A stretch of 64,000 nt of DNA from Verrucomicrobiia bacterium (GCA_035489575.1 DATHJY010000009.1:5517-69516); one strand, 5' to 3'. Positions 8,635 through 17,214 are shown, numbered from the stretch's first letter. The notes: a model not told the origin generated them from the sequence alone. Made by a program: numbers and translations.

Positions 8635-8711
8635 AACGGTGTAGTACCAATATTTTAAAGTCCAAGCTAGATATTATGCAATAAATAAAACACAGATACA
8701 ATGGCAGGCAG

Positions 8712-9065
8712 TCAGGATCGCTCGACGCCTTCTGCTCGATGGCGTGGAGAATGAGGCCAGAAAACTTTGGCCACAACCAATTCTCTGGGCAGCCACCCAA
8801 AGTGCCGGCTATCTGTACTTGTCTCTGAATGGTCCCCCAGCACAAAAATCCTGTCATCCTGCAGTTGGTCTAGGCGCTTTATCTTTTCTTTGCCGTTGTG
8901 CTCAAAAATAATCACGTCGCCCGGGCTCAGCCGCATAAACCATCGCCGCCCCACGACAAACGTACCCGGGGGAAGTACGGGCAACATGCTGTGGCCATGA
9001 ATCTGCCTGACAGCCAGTGGGCGTCTACGACTTGGTGGCGGCAAAAACTTTGGCAATCTCATCAA
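8712..9065 (-). CDS. sodX: S26-family peptidase, nickel-SOD maturation protease
   Basis: GHSMLP (Ser nucleophile) and GDHSETSTDSRHFG signal-peptidase-like motifs. Lies immediately downstream of sodN and overlaps it. Confidence 0.7.
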   Translation of the reverse strand: MMRLPKFLPPPSRRRPLAVRQIHGHSMLPVLPPGTFVVGRRWFMRLSPGDVIIFEHNGKEKIKRLDQLQDDRIFVLGDHSETSTDSRHFGWLPRELVVAKVFWPHSPRHRAEGVERS

Positions 9066-9411
9066 TCAGATCTAACAGCTTCTGGCTTTCATCCACGTCA
9101 GTGATCTTTTTGACCGCACCGGCCTGCTTGGTAGCCTTCCAAAATAAATCATGCAGGTCCGGGTGCTTTTCTAGGTGCTCGGGCTTAAAGTAGTCAGTCC
9201 ACAGCACCCACAAGTGGTGCTTCACCAGTTCCAACCGCTGCTCTTTAATAAATACCGCTCGCCACCTGTCTTCTTCGTGGTCCAAGCTTTTATATTTCTC
9301 TAGTATTTTGTGCACCGACTCTGCCTCTATACGGGCCTGGGCAGGATCATACACCCCACAAGGCAAATCACAGTGAGCGTAAACCGGCTTGATAAAACTC
9401 CTTAAACGCAT
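9025..9411 (-). CDS. sodN: nickel-containing superoxide dismutase precursor
   Basis: A 12 aa leader (MRLRSFIKPVYA) precedes the Ni-hook HCDLPCGVYDP. The rest fits a four-helix-bundle length (128 aa). Confidence 0.9.
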   Translation of the reverse strand: MRLRSFIKPVYAHCDLPCGVYDPAQARIEAESVHKILEKYKSLDHEEDRWRAVFIKEQRLELVKHHLWVLWTDYFKPEHLEKHPDLHDLFWKATKQAGAVKKITDVDESQKLLDLIDEIAKVFAATKS

Positions 9412-9593
9412 AATGGCTCCTTCTATTTCAAAGTCTTATTATACCAATCTTCATGCCACAAAACGCAAAATGATAATGTTAACTTTTTAACAGTAAGGAT
9501 AGATGTCCGGCGGGAGCCGCAAATCGCGACGAGCCTGCTGCTGCGACATCACATATCACAAAAATTATTTGTGAGCTTTCTGGCAGTACCACT

Positions 9594-10730
9594 ATGCCTC
9601 AAGCTGATACATTTACCCCCCTAATATTCTCCCTAAAAGAAAGGTGTGTTGTAGTGCGTATAGGTATTGTAGGGCCGTCAGATGAGCGAGTACCGCCGGT
9701 CCGGTACGGTGGCACCGAGGTGCAAGTATCTAACCTAGCCGAGGGTTTGGTAGAGGAAGGCCATGACGTAACACTCTTTGCCAGCGGCGACTCAGAGACA
9801 TCCGCAACACTTCACGCCACAACGCCCCATGCAGTACGTGTGTTGCCTGAAGCTGCCGATTTTGACACACGCCGAAGGCTCAACAGAACAGCACTCAAGG
9901 CTGGCCTAAGGCATATTCGTGACAACCAGGACGCATTCGATGTCATTCACACCCACACATTCCCCCCTGAGCTTGTGATACGAGCCAGCCGTATCATGAA
10001 TCTTACGATACCGCTCGTCTGCACGCCCCACAGCAGACTAGACCTTTCTATGTATAAAAGACTCCAGCAAAACTACCCAGACGCACCGTTTGTGAGCATC
10101 AGCAATGCACAGCGAGAACCAGCGCCAGATCTCAATTACATAGCCACTGTCTATAATGGCATCAAGATTCCGGAGTACGAAGTCAATGAGTCGCCAGGAG
10201 AAGACCTACTGTTCGTAGGCCGTATGTGTCCCGAGAAAGACCCGCTATCTGCCATAGAAATTGCCAAAAAGACCGGCAGACGCCTTATCATGGCGGCCAA
10301 GGTTGACCCGATAAACCGAGACTACTTTGAGACCGAAGTCGAACCCGCCATCGACAGCAGTAAAGACATCGAATACATAGGCGAAATCACACCCGCCGAA
10401 CGCGACGAGCTACTACGCGATGCCTATGCGCTTGTTGCACCCATAAACTGGCCCGAGGCCTTTGGGATGTTTGTAGCAGAAGCCATGGCCGCTGGCGTAC
10501 CTGTAGTGGGCCGAAGACGAGGTGCATTACCAGAGCTTATCAACGAGGACGAGGAAAAGCGCACCGGCTACCTGGGTGAAACCGTGGATGAAATGGCAAA
10601 CTATGTAGAGAAAGTCGAGGGGCTCGACCGTCAGGGATGCCGTGACCATGTAGAGCTTAACTTTACTGCCAAGAAAATGGTTCAAGGCTATATTAGCGTC
10701 TATCGACAGCTCCTCTCACAAACGGCCTAG
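9594..10730 (+). CDS. glycosyltransferase family 4
   Basis: GT-B pattern: N-terminal GGTEVQVSNLAEGLVEEGHDVTLF and a C-terminal EAFGMFVAEAMAAGVPVV E-x7-E region. The start is uncertain; an internal GTG near 9655 is possible. Confidence 0.75.
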   Translation: MPQADTFTPLIFSLKERCVVVRIGIVGPSDERVPPVRYGGTEVQVSNLAEGLVEEGHDVTLFASGDSETSATLHATTPHAVRVLPEAADFDTRRRLNRTALKAGLRHIRDNQDAFDVIHTHTFPPELVIRASRIMNLTIPLVCTPHSRLDLSMYKRLQQNYPDAPFVSISNAQREPAPDLNYIATVYNGIKIPEYEVNESPGEDLLFVGRMCPEKDPLSAIEIAKKTGRRLIMAAKVDPINRDYFETEVEPAIDSSKDIEYIGEITPAERDELLRDAYALVAPINWPEAFGMFVAEAMAAGVPVVGRRRGALPELINEDEEKRTGYLGETVDEMANYVEKVEGLDRQGCRDHVELNFTAKKMVQGYISVYRQLLSQTA

Positions 10731-10753
10731 ACATTCTTTCCAGCTGCTCTCCC

Positions 10754-11407
10754 TTATCTTGTTTGAGCGTTCGCCTGCTCTTGGCGCCAAGCTTCTATCT
10801 GGGCATGGTTGCCACTCAGTAATACTTCTGGCACCTGCATACCCCGAAAGTCTTCGGGGCGAGTGTACTGCGGAAACTCCAGATTGTCCCCGTCGCTAAA
10901 ACTTTCTATCTCGGCGCTCTTTTCGCCGCCCAAAACACCAGGGATTAGCCGGACAACAGCGTCTACCAGCATCATGGCTGGCAGTTCGCCGCCGGTCAGC
11001 ACAAAGTCGCCAATACTTACCTGCCGGTCTACAAGAGTAGTGATACGCTCGTCGTAGCCTTCATACCGGGCACAGATAATAATCATCCCGCTGTCTTCAT
11101 CGGCAATCTCCTGGGCACGCTTTTGCACCAAACGGTCGCCTCGGGGCGTCATCAGATACACCAGCGCATCAGAATCTTGCTGCTTGGCGTGTTCTACCGC
11201 CGCAAACAGCGGCTCTGGCTTGAGCAGCATGCCATCGCCACCGCCATAAGGTGTGTCGTCTACGGTTTTGCGAGTACCCAGCCCAAAGTCGCGCAAATTG
11301 ATATAGCTATACTCCACAATGCCTTTATCTTTGGCCTTGTAGAGCATGCTAGTTTCCAAAACGGGCGGAAACATCTCTGGAAATAGTGAAATAATCTGTA
11401 TCTTCAT
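10754..11407 (-). CDS. trmD: tRNA (guanine37-N1)-methyltransferase
   Basis: MKIQIISLFPEMF...DDTPYGGGDGMLL...ICARYEGYDERI...IGDFVLTGGELPAM are the canonical TrmD motifs. Confidence 0.9.
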   Translation of the reverse strand: MKIQIISLFPEMFPPVLETSMLYKAKDKGIVEYSYINLRDFGLGTRKTVDDTPYGGGDGMLLKPEPLFAAVEHAKQQDSDALVYLMTPRGDRLVQKRAQEIADEDSGMIIICARYEGYDERITTLVDRQVSIGDFVLTGGELPAMMLVDAVVRLIPGVLGGEKSAEIESFSDGDNLEFPQYTRPEDFRGMQVPEVLLSGNHAQIEAWRQEQANAQTR

Positions 11408-11538
11408 GAGTATCATCTTATCAGAAGCATAAAAGTATCAGGGAGTCTCATACCCTTATGTCAATATCACAACAGTGTTTGTAGGGGGAAAGAATGAAAT
11501 GATTTCATCATTCTTCCCCCCCAGGGTTATTTCTCTGC

Positions 11539-11946
11539 CTACTTGCCGCTAAAGGGCACCAATCCACCAAGTGCCGCACGCAATCCCAGGGGCCTTCCCC
11601 AGTCAAGCCGACGTAGCACCACGGCGTGGTCTTTTTGGACCGTAATGTCATAGTGGGTCGTGGCCAGCGCAGGCAGCCAGGTATGGCCATACAGGGCCTT
11701 CTCGGGGCTGGCAAAGAGAGAGCCCTCAGAAGCGTCTATCTTGAAATGGCCCGAGGACCGACTGTAGCCGGTGCCCCACACCTGGCGCTCACTCAACACA
11801 GCGTCGTCAGCCCAGCCCCCGAAGAGACGAGGCAAACCGTACACCCTGAACATGACATAGAACATATAGCCGTCTTCGGACTGACAGAGATACGTCCACC
11901 GCGGATTTACTCTCCGCTTTACCCCAGATAGGGTGGACCGAGTCAT
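11539..11946 (-). CDS. hypothetical protein (moderately GC-rich orphan, cassette D)
   Basis: ATG at 11946 is preceded by AGGAG. No recognisable motifs. A 14 bp-stem hairpin follows at about 11485-11522. Confidence 0.4.
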   Translation of the reverse strand: MTRSTLSGVKRRVNPRWTYLCQSEDGYMFYVMFRVYGLPRLFGGWADDAVLSERQVWGTGYSRSSGHFKIDASEGSLFASPEKALYGHTWLPALATTHYDITVQKDHAVVLRRLDWGRPLGLRAALGGLVPFSGK

Positions 11947-12070
11947 ATCTTCTCCTGAAACTATAGGTTGGCGGCAGAGAATCACACATTATCTCGGAGA
12001 TACTTCTCCCAAGATAGATCCCATACTCCCACAAATGCCGTACAAACGTCAACGAGCCTTCTCTCATTTA

Positions 12071-12209
12071 TGCTCTGCAAATCAAAAAGAACCCTACGAT
12101 AGGATTCCTTCTGGTTTGCTGCGCAATCAAAAAGAACCCTTTTTGTGGGGTTCTTCCTGGTTTGCTGCGCAAAACAAATAGAACCCTGTAAAAGGGTTCT
12201 ATTTGTCAC
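12071..12209 (-). repeat. three tandem ~46 bp units, each a terminator-like hairpin
   Basis: Units start at 12071, 12117 and 12163 (TGCTGCGCAA..AAAAGAACCC-loop-GGGTTCT). On the minus strand each hairpin is followed by a T-run. The array lies downstream of the GT2 gene. Confidence 0.7.
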
Positions 12210-12315
12210 ATATAAAGCTCCCACCAAGGTGGCTCGCAATGAGCTTTGACGCATTTTTGTTTTAAAAGTATTAGTCTTTGTATAGACTAGAATTCACTGT
12301 ACCGCAACTCTTCTT

Positions 12316-13446
12316 TTATTGCAAGTGAAGCTTGTAGAGCTCTTTATGGCGAGGTGCTGAAACGAAAATAGATGCCAAGGTTTCGCCATTTTGGCTTATA
12401 TATTCAATTGTCTCTGCCAAGTATCTATCTATTGTTAGATGAATACGGTTACGATCAATCAGTTGCAGGGCCCGGTCCACAAATTCCCTCCCCTTATGAT
12501 AGAAGTGCCTCAGGAGCTCTGCCAGCTCAAGGATAAGCGCCACGGTGAGTTCTATGTGCTGATCTTTGACTCCAATATTTTTTAGCCACTTGCGTCTCAT
12601 CAGATTCAAGAACACTTCCTCGGCCTCATGGTTGGTTCGCATTTCGTTCCTTGCGGCCATTGCCACCAAGGTAGCCAGCAGAAAACGCTCGCGACCAGGG
12701 AGATTGCGCATAATCGAATATTGTAGTGTAGTCCTATCGTCATGAAAAATGACCGAACTCATGATATACGCCATGTGATACCCAAGATCAGTCAAGCGCG
12801 CGCAAAGCTCCACGTGTTCTCCATGCATGCCAAAGAAGGGGTGAAAACCTCCTACTTCTAAGAATACAGGGGTGCGTACAGCAAAGAAGCAGCCATGAAT
12901 AGCCGGCACCTGCACCACTCCCTTGGTACGCAAGAGCATACCCTGTCGTAATAGTGACCCTTCGGGCTTGTTTATAAGCTCTCTGGGTAGCCGGTCAAAG
13001 GCTGGTGGATGATCAAGATATGCCAGATCCGTCGAATCACGAAGCCACATAGACGGAAACCCAAAAGCACTCATCTCAGGGTGCTCGTCAGCCCTCTCCC
13101 AGAGCAGCTGAATGGTCTTGCGCGGCAGATACACATCGGAGTCTATGAATAGCAAAAAGTTTCCGATAGATGTGATCTGACTGCTCTCCTGCAAGAGTTG
13201 AGTGCCCTTATTTTTTGCAGTACTAATAGTAAGCGTGGCATCAAAGTGGTACACAATCGATGCAACACCCGCCCGAGCCCTGATATCTTGTAAGCCCTGG
13301 TAAATTACATCCCGTGTTTCCTTATGCAACGACTGATCTACCACTACAATGTGAGCCGACTTACCTGCGTCCTCCAGGCTGCACAGCAAATAGTTTAGGC
13401 ACGCAATAACCTCTGGTCTTTCGAAAACCGGTATGACCACACTCAT
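12316..13446 (-). CDS. glycosyltransferase family 2
   Basis: MSVVIPVFERPEVIACLNYLL...VVVDQS...FIDSDVYLP (DxD) is a GT-A signature. The ORF is open up to 13635; the ATG at 13446 was chosen as a conservative start. Confidence 0.7.
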   Translation of the reverse strand: MSVVIPVFERPEVIACLNYLLCSLEDAGKSAHIVVVDQSLHKETRDVIYQGLQDIRARAGVASIVYHFDATLTISTAKNKGTQLLQESSQITSIGNFLLFIDSDVYLPRKTIQLLWERADEHPEMSAFGFPSMWLRDSTDLAYLDHPPAFDRLPRELINKPEGSLLRQGMLLRTKGVVQVPAIHGCFFAVRTPVFLEVGGFHPFFGMHGEHVELCARLTDLGYHMAYIMSSVIFHDDRTTLQYSIMRNLPGRERFLLATLVAMAARNEMRTNHEAEEVFLNLMRRKWLKNIGVKDQHIELTVALILELAELLRHFYHKGREFVDRALQLIDRNRIHLTIDRYLAETIEYISQNGETLASIFVSAPRHKELYKLHLQ

Positions 13447-13684
13447 GTCGGCCCGCGAACTTACCTTTAGCCTCTTGGTCTTAACACGGCCTACCGACAG
13501 CGAATCATCCTTGAAAACTTTTTTGCCCCGCTCAACCACAAAGTAACCAGCGTCGCTCACTACACACCCCCTTATGAATAGATACAACCTACATAATCTA
13601 CAGATCCACACAGAAACTACTACAGGATTTATCACATTTAATACATAGTTAGGTGATTGGTAGTGACGACGATAAATTTTTAAA

Positions 13685-13705
13685 CCCCCAGAGTTGATCT
13701 GGGGG
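13685..13705 (-). terminator. rho-independent terminator after the KH-domain gene
   Basis: CCCCCAGA-gttg-ATCTGGGGG stem. On the minus strand it is followed by TTTAAAAATTT. Confidence 0.5.
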
Positions 13706-13731
13706 CTTATCGTGATATGTCGTCTAGCTTG

Positions 13732-14163
13732 CTAGATATCTAAGTCGTCTAAATCTTCTAGTTCTTTGCGAGTGTTCGCTACTACTTCGCTCTCTTTTTC
13801 TTCGGGTTCTTCCGCGGCAGTAGCATCAGCAGGGGCATCATCTGCAGCAGCGTCGTCCGCAGGGGCGGCAGCGCCATCATCAGATGCGGGGCCTGTTCCA
13901 CCGGTAACATCTACAATCTTTAGGTTATAGCGGGCATCGTTCTTAGTACCCAGGGCACGCAACAGGGTACGCAGACTCTGAGCGGTTGCCCCACGTTTGC
14001 CAATAACCCGGCCTAGATCTTCGCCATCTACGGTTAGTTCTAGCAAAACACCTTTCTCATCTATCCGGCGCTCGATTGTGACGGCGTCGGGGTTACTTAC
14101 CAATGATTTTACAATGTATTCGATAAATTGTTGGTCGATAGTCGCACTCATATTGTCAGCCAT
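13732..14163 (-). CDS. KH-domain RNA-binding protein (YlqC/KhpA-like) with an acidic Ala/Asp/Glu-rich tail
   Basis: IEYIVKSLVSNPDAVTIE...GRVIGKRGATAQSLRTLL (GxxG KH motif). Conserved position downstream of rpsP. Confidence 0.8.
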   Translation of the reverse strand: MADNMSATIDQQFIEYIVKSLVSNPDAVTIERRIDEKGVLLELTVDGEDLGRVIGKRGATAQSLRTLLRALGTKNDARYNLKIVDVTGGTGPASDDGAAAPADDAAADDAPADATAAEEPEEKESEVVANTRKELEDLDDLDI

Positions 14164-14270
14164 TCCTCCATGTTTACAGATTTCAGACTATCTTATTATA
14201 CACCACGCCTTTCAAGGCCACTGCAAAAAGCCAGGCTGCGGGCGCCTGGCTTTTCTGCCTGTGTAGTAGT

Positions 14271-14708
14271 TTACTTTGCGGGTTTTTCTTCTGCGGCTGC
14301 AGGTTCTGCTTGTGCGGGAGCTTCTTTGGCTGAAGCTTCTGCGGCTTCGGCGGCTGGCTCTTCAGCAGGTATTTCTTTAGGGGCGGCTTCTTCTGCAGGG
14401 CGATTTTTGCGCAGTTTTTCGGCGTGCCTGGTGGCGCCCTGTTTGGCAGTGGGTAGTTTGACCCATGTAGGCAACTTGACACCTTCATTTTTCAGCAGGC
14501 GAGCTACACGGTCAGAAGGCTGCGCACCATGCTCTAGGTAGTAGGCTGCTTTTTCTTTGTCTATAACCGCTGTTTTAGTATGAGGGTTAAAGTGGCCCAA
14601 AGCAGCTACAACACGGCCGCTGGTTGGGGTCCGGCGTGAATCTTGGACGACTACGCGGAATTGGGCGTGGCCCTTGCGACCAGTACGCTGCATACGAATG
14701 GCTAACAT
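14271..14708 (-). CDS. rpsP: 30S ribosomal protein S16 with a ~60 aa Ala/Glu/Lys/Pro-rich C-terminal extension
   Basis: MLAIRMQRTGRKGHAQFRVVVQDSRRTPTSGRVVAALGHFNPHTK is canonical bS16. Confidence 0.9.
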   Translation of the reverse strand: MLAIRMQRTGRKGHAQFRVVVQDSRRTPTSGRVVAALGHFNPHTKTAVIDKEKAAYYLEHGAQPSDRVARLLKNEGVKLPTWVKLPTAKQGATRHAEKLRKNRPAEEAAPKEIPAEEPAAEAAEASAKEAPAQAEPAAAEEKPAK

Positions 14709-14820
14709 TCTATGTTCTCTATCTTCCCATTAGGATTTATATGATTAACTGACCTATTTTACCAGAGAACCACCCCTGTAGTCAATCATTGCTTAATTTT
14801 TGGTGATCTGGGGTGGTATA

Positions 14821-14848
14821 TTGACTATTTGGTATTTTATTGTATAAT
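14821..14848 (+). promoter_or_regulatory. sigma70-like promoter TTGACT-16-TATAAT for cassette E
   Basis: TTGACT at 14821-14826 and TATAAT at 14843-14848. This implies a ~135 nt leader. Confidence 0.5.
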
Positions 14849-14896
14849 TATATACACTATTCCCTTAGGGATAGCACCTTACCAATCTCTGCTACC

Positions 14897-14951
14897 GATA
14901 ACTGGAAATACAGGCACTTTTTAAATTAAATTGTCTGTATTTCCAGTTATC
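14897..14951 (+). promoter_or_regulatory. perfect 17 bp inverted repeat in the leader (extends to ~20 bp, 15 nt loop)
   Basis: GATAACTGGAAATACAG (14897-14913) pairs with CTGTATTTCCAGTTATC (14935-14951). A second palindrome, GGAACAGCTGTTCC, lies at 14958-14971 just before the AGGAGG. Confidence 0.8.
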
Positions 14952-14990
14952 TCACCCGGAACAGCTGTTCCATGATTGCCAGGAGGCACC

Positions 14991-15350
14991 ATGCCCACCG
15001 ACACCACCCCGACCACTGTCATCGAGTTCGACAACCAGACCAACCCGCCCAGCGGCAACACCACCCAGGCCTTCGTCATCTTCGACGAGGGATTTCCCTC
15101 GGACGTGGAAGTCGAGCTCAAGGAGCTTCTCCCCGACCGCGTGGTGCAGAGCCCCGACCAGATCATCCACATCGCCGACACCCTCCTGACCCATGGCGTG
15201 TTCAGCTTCACGTTCTACACCACGCACAAACCGGAGCCCCAGCGCCTCGAGATCCACGACCTCGTCGCGGTGTTCACGGTGCTGCAGCATCTGGGCCAGA
15301 CGGTCGTGAATGTCGCTCAGTACGAGCGCCGCACGGCCCCGCCGCTGTAG
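14991..15350 (+). CDS. hypothetical protein (GC-rich orphan, cassette E)
   Basis: ATG at 14991 lies 4 nt after AGGAGG (14981-14986). 119 aa (MPTDTTPTTVIEFDNQTNPPSG...). The competing overlapping ORFs lack SD sites. Confidence 0.5.
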   Translation: MPTDTTPTTVIEFDNQTNPPSGNTTQAFVIFDEGFPSDVEVELKELLPDRVVQSPDQIIHIADTLLTHGVFSFTFYTTHKPEPQRLEIHDLVAVFTVLQHLGQTVVNVAQYERRTAPPL

Positions 15351-15387
15351 GTGGTGACGCCCCAGGGTCGTACCCAGTAGCAGAGAT

Positions 15388-15450
15388 CAGAACGGGCCAG
15401 CGGCGGCAACAAGGTGCCTCACCGGCAACCCCACCCCGCAGCCCGTTCTG
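15388..15450 (+). terminator. long-loop stem-loop 3' of cassette E (10-11 bp perfect stem, 43 nt loop)
   Basis: CAGAACGGGC (15388-15397) pairs with GCCCGTTCTG (15441-15450). Confidence 0.35.
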
Positions 15451-15502
15451 AACTCTCCCAGCTTTAGATGCCACCATGTAGAGCTAGGAGAGTAAACGGT
15501 TT

Positions 15503-16201
15503 CTAATCTTTTTGGATAGCGTGCAGGGCATTTTCGGCTGCAGCCACCTGAGCCATTTGCTTGCTGGGACCCATTCCTTTGCCGCGCTCTTTGCCGTTCA
15601 CAAACACCCCAACCGTAAAGGACTTCTCGTGGTCAGGACCGACCTCTTCGAGCACCTTGTACTGAGGCGTATGCCCTTCCTGGCTCTGCGTCAGCTCTTG
15701 CAGGTGCGACTTGGGGTCCATCCAGGACCCTGACTTGAGGATATCGTCAAAGGTTATCAATAGGTTTTTGGCTATAAACTCGCTGGCCACATCATATCCT
15801 TGGTCCAGATACATAGCCCCAATCACTGCCTCGAAAGAGTTGGCCAGTATCTGGGCGCGGGCACGAGCCGTACCCCGCTTTTCGCCACGACTCAGCCGTA
15901 GCAGAGGTTCAAAACCCAAGCGAGCAGCTGCCGCACCAATGCTTTCGGTGCGTACCAAAGCACTCCGCCAGTTGGTCAAAATACCCTCTGGTTCGCCGTG
16001 GTGAGTGAACAAATACTCGGTGACCACCAGTTCTAGCACGGCGTCGCCCAAGAATTCTAGGCGCTCATTGTGCTCTTTGACGGTTTTCTTGTGTTCGTTT
16101 ACATACGAACGATGAGTAAACGCCGTTACCAACAACTCTAAATCTTTAAATGTAATATCTAACTTGTCTTTGGCAAATGCTTGATATGCTGAAAAATCCA
16201 T
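15503..16201 (-). CDS. rnc: ribonuclease III
   Basis: NERLEFLGDAVLELVVTEY signature plus a C-terminal dsRBD (GPDHEKSFTVGVFVNGKERGKGMGPSKQMAQVAAAENAL). Confidence 0.9.
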   Translation of the reverse strand: MDFSAYQAFAKDKLDITFKDLELLVTAFTHRSYVNEHKKTVKEHNERLEFLGDAVLELVVTEYLFTHHGEPEGILTNWRSALVRTESIGAAAARLGFEPLLRLSRGEKRGTARARAQILANSFEAVIGAMYLDQGYDVASEFIAKNLLITFDDILKSGSWMDPKSHLQELTQSQEGHTPQYKVLEEVGPDHEKSFTVGVFVNGKERGKGMGPSKQMAQVAAAENALHAIQKD

Positions 16202-16223
16202 AAAACTCTAAGTAAGTTCCCCT

Positions 16224-16736
16224 CTATAGTCCTGCGTGTCTAATCTTTTTAAGCCCCAATAATATAATCTTGCCGATATCTTCGTACTCTATCTTGTCCA
16301 AAGCTTCGGTAGCCGGGAACCATTTGATACCGTTCATCCAATCCTCTGGCTTGAGGTCGTCGGTGTCACCCTGGCCTTGCACCAAGAATATCTCGGTGGT
16401 CATGAGCACCAGGCTAGACCCGCGACGATACCGGAAATTGATCTTGCCTAACCAGTTTAGGACTTTCATCTTTTGCAGACCAGTCTCTTCCTTGATCTCG
16501 CGCTCGGCTGTTTCTTTGGCTGTCTCGCCTTCTTCTATGTGGCCCTTTGGGATGGTCCACCGATTTTTGGCATCTTGGATTAGCAAGATCTCTATGTCTT
16601 TGGACTTGGGATTGCGACGAAAAATAATGCCGCCAGCGGTAGGCTCGCGCACAACCTCGCTAATAGCGGGACGACGCTTGTGTACAAACTTTCGAAAGCC
16701 CTGCAAGGGCTTTTGTAATGGCTTAGGTCTCTTCAT
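16224..16736 (-). CDS. NUDIX hydrolase
   Basis: Nudix box [23 protein letters not shown]. The ATG at 16736 gives a 14 nt overlap with the nusB stop; the tracked ORF is longer. Confidence 0.8.
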   Translation of the reverse strand: MKRPKPLQKPLQGFRKFVHKRRPAISEVVREPTAGGIIFRRNPKSKDIEILLIQDAKNRWTIPKGHIEEGETAKETAEREIKEETGLQKMKVLNWLGKINFRYRRGSSLVLMTTEIFLVQGQGDTDDLKPEDWMNGIKWFPATEALDKIEYEDIGKIILLGLKKIRHAGL

Positions 16737-17214
16737 TCTGTTCTGCTTTCTTGGGTTTGGCAGGAGTTCCCTCGGACGCACCTTCTTCGCCACCCCGCTC
16801 GCGCAACACCGTACCAAGGACACCGTTGATGAACTTGCTAGAGTTTTCCCCACCAAAGGCCTTGGCTAGTTCAACAGCTTCATTGATAACAACTTTGGGT
16901 GGCACACCGTCGCCATAGATAAGCTCGTAAGCACCCATGCGCAAAACGATACGATCCATGCGAGCAATCTGGTCAATAGGCCACTCTGGAGCAACGGGCT
17001 GCAGAATGGCATCAAGCTCAGTTTGTTTGGATTCGACGCCAAAAACCAGTGTCCGGATGAACTCCTGGTCATCAACCATATCTTTGTAACGGCTGATGTT
17101 TCGCGCCAATACTGACTCAAGGTCAAAAGTCGTGTCCTGACAATCCAAGCGAAAGTCTTGTTCGTACAAGGTCTGCAGTGCGATGATACGGCCAAGGTGT
17201 CGGTTCGATGCCAT
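16723..17214 (-). CDS. nusB: transcription antitermination factor NusB with a charged C-terminal tail
   Basis: [17 protein letters not shown]...[22 protein letters not shown] is canonical NusB. Confidence 0.85.
   Translation of the reverse strand: MASNRHLGRIIALQTLYEQDFRLDCQDTTFDLESVLARNISRYKDMVDDQEFIRTLVFGVESKQTELDAILQPVAPEWPIDQIARMDRIVLRMGAYELIYGDGVPPKVVINEAVELAKAFGGENSSKFINGVLGTVLRERGGEEGASEGTPAKPKKAEQNEET

Noticed and set aside
12071-12209. Possible CRISPR array (regular repeats with hairpins).
   Set aside because: There are only three units with a 46 bp period and no unique spacers between repeats. The variable part is the hairpin loop itself, and no cas genes are present. It is better explained as tandem terminator/REP-like units. 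The 21 bp repeats at 26680-26910 are in-frame coding heptads.
14921-15477. Several long overlapping six-frame ORFs (14921-15211 -, 14952-15290 -, 14972-15451 +, 15274-15477 -) around cassette E.
   Set aside because: They look like GC-driven shadow ORFs. Only the frame starting at ATG 14991 has an AGGAGG at correct spacing and a non-repetitive, non-Arg/Pro/Gly-biased sequence. The others are rich in R/P/G/H, as expected from out-of-frame GC-rich DNA.
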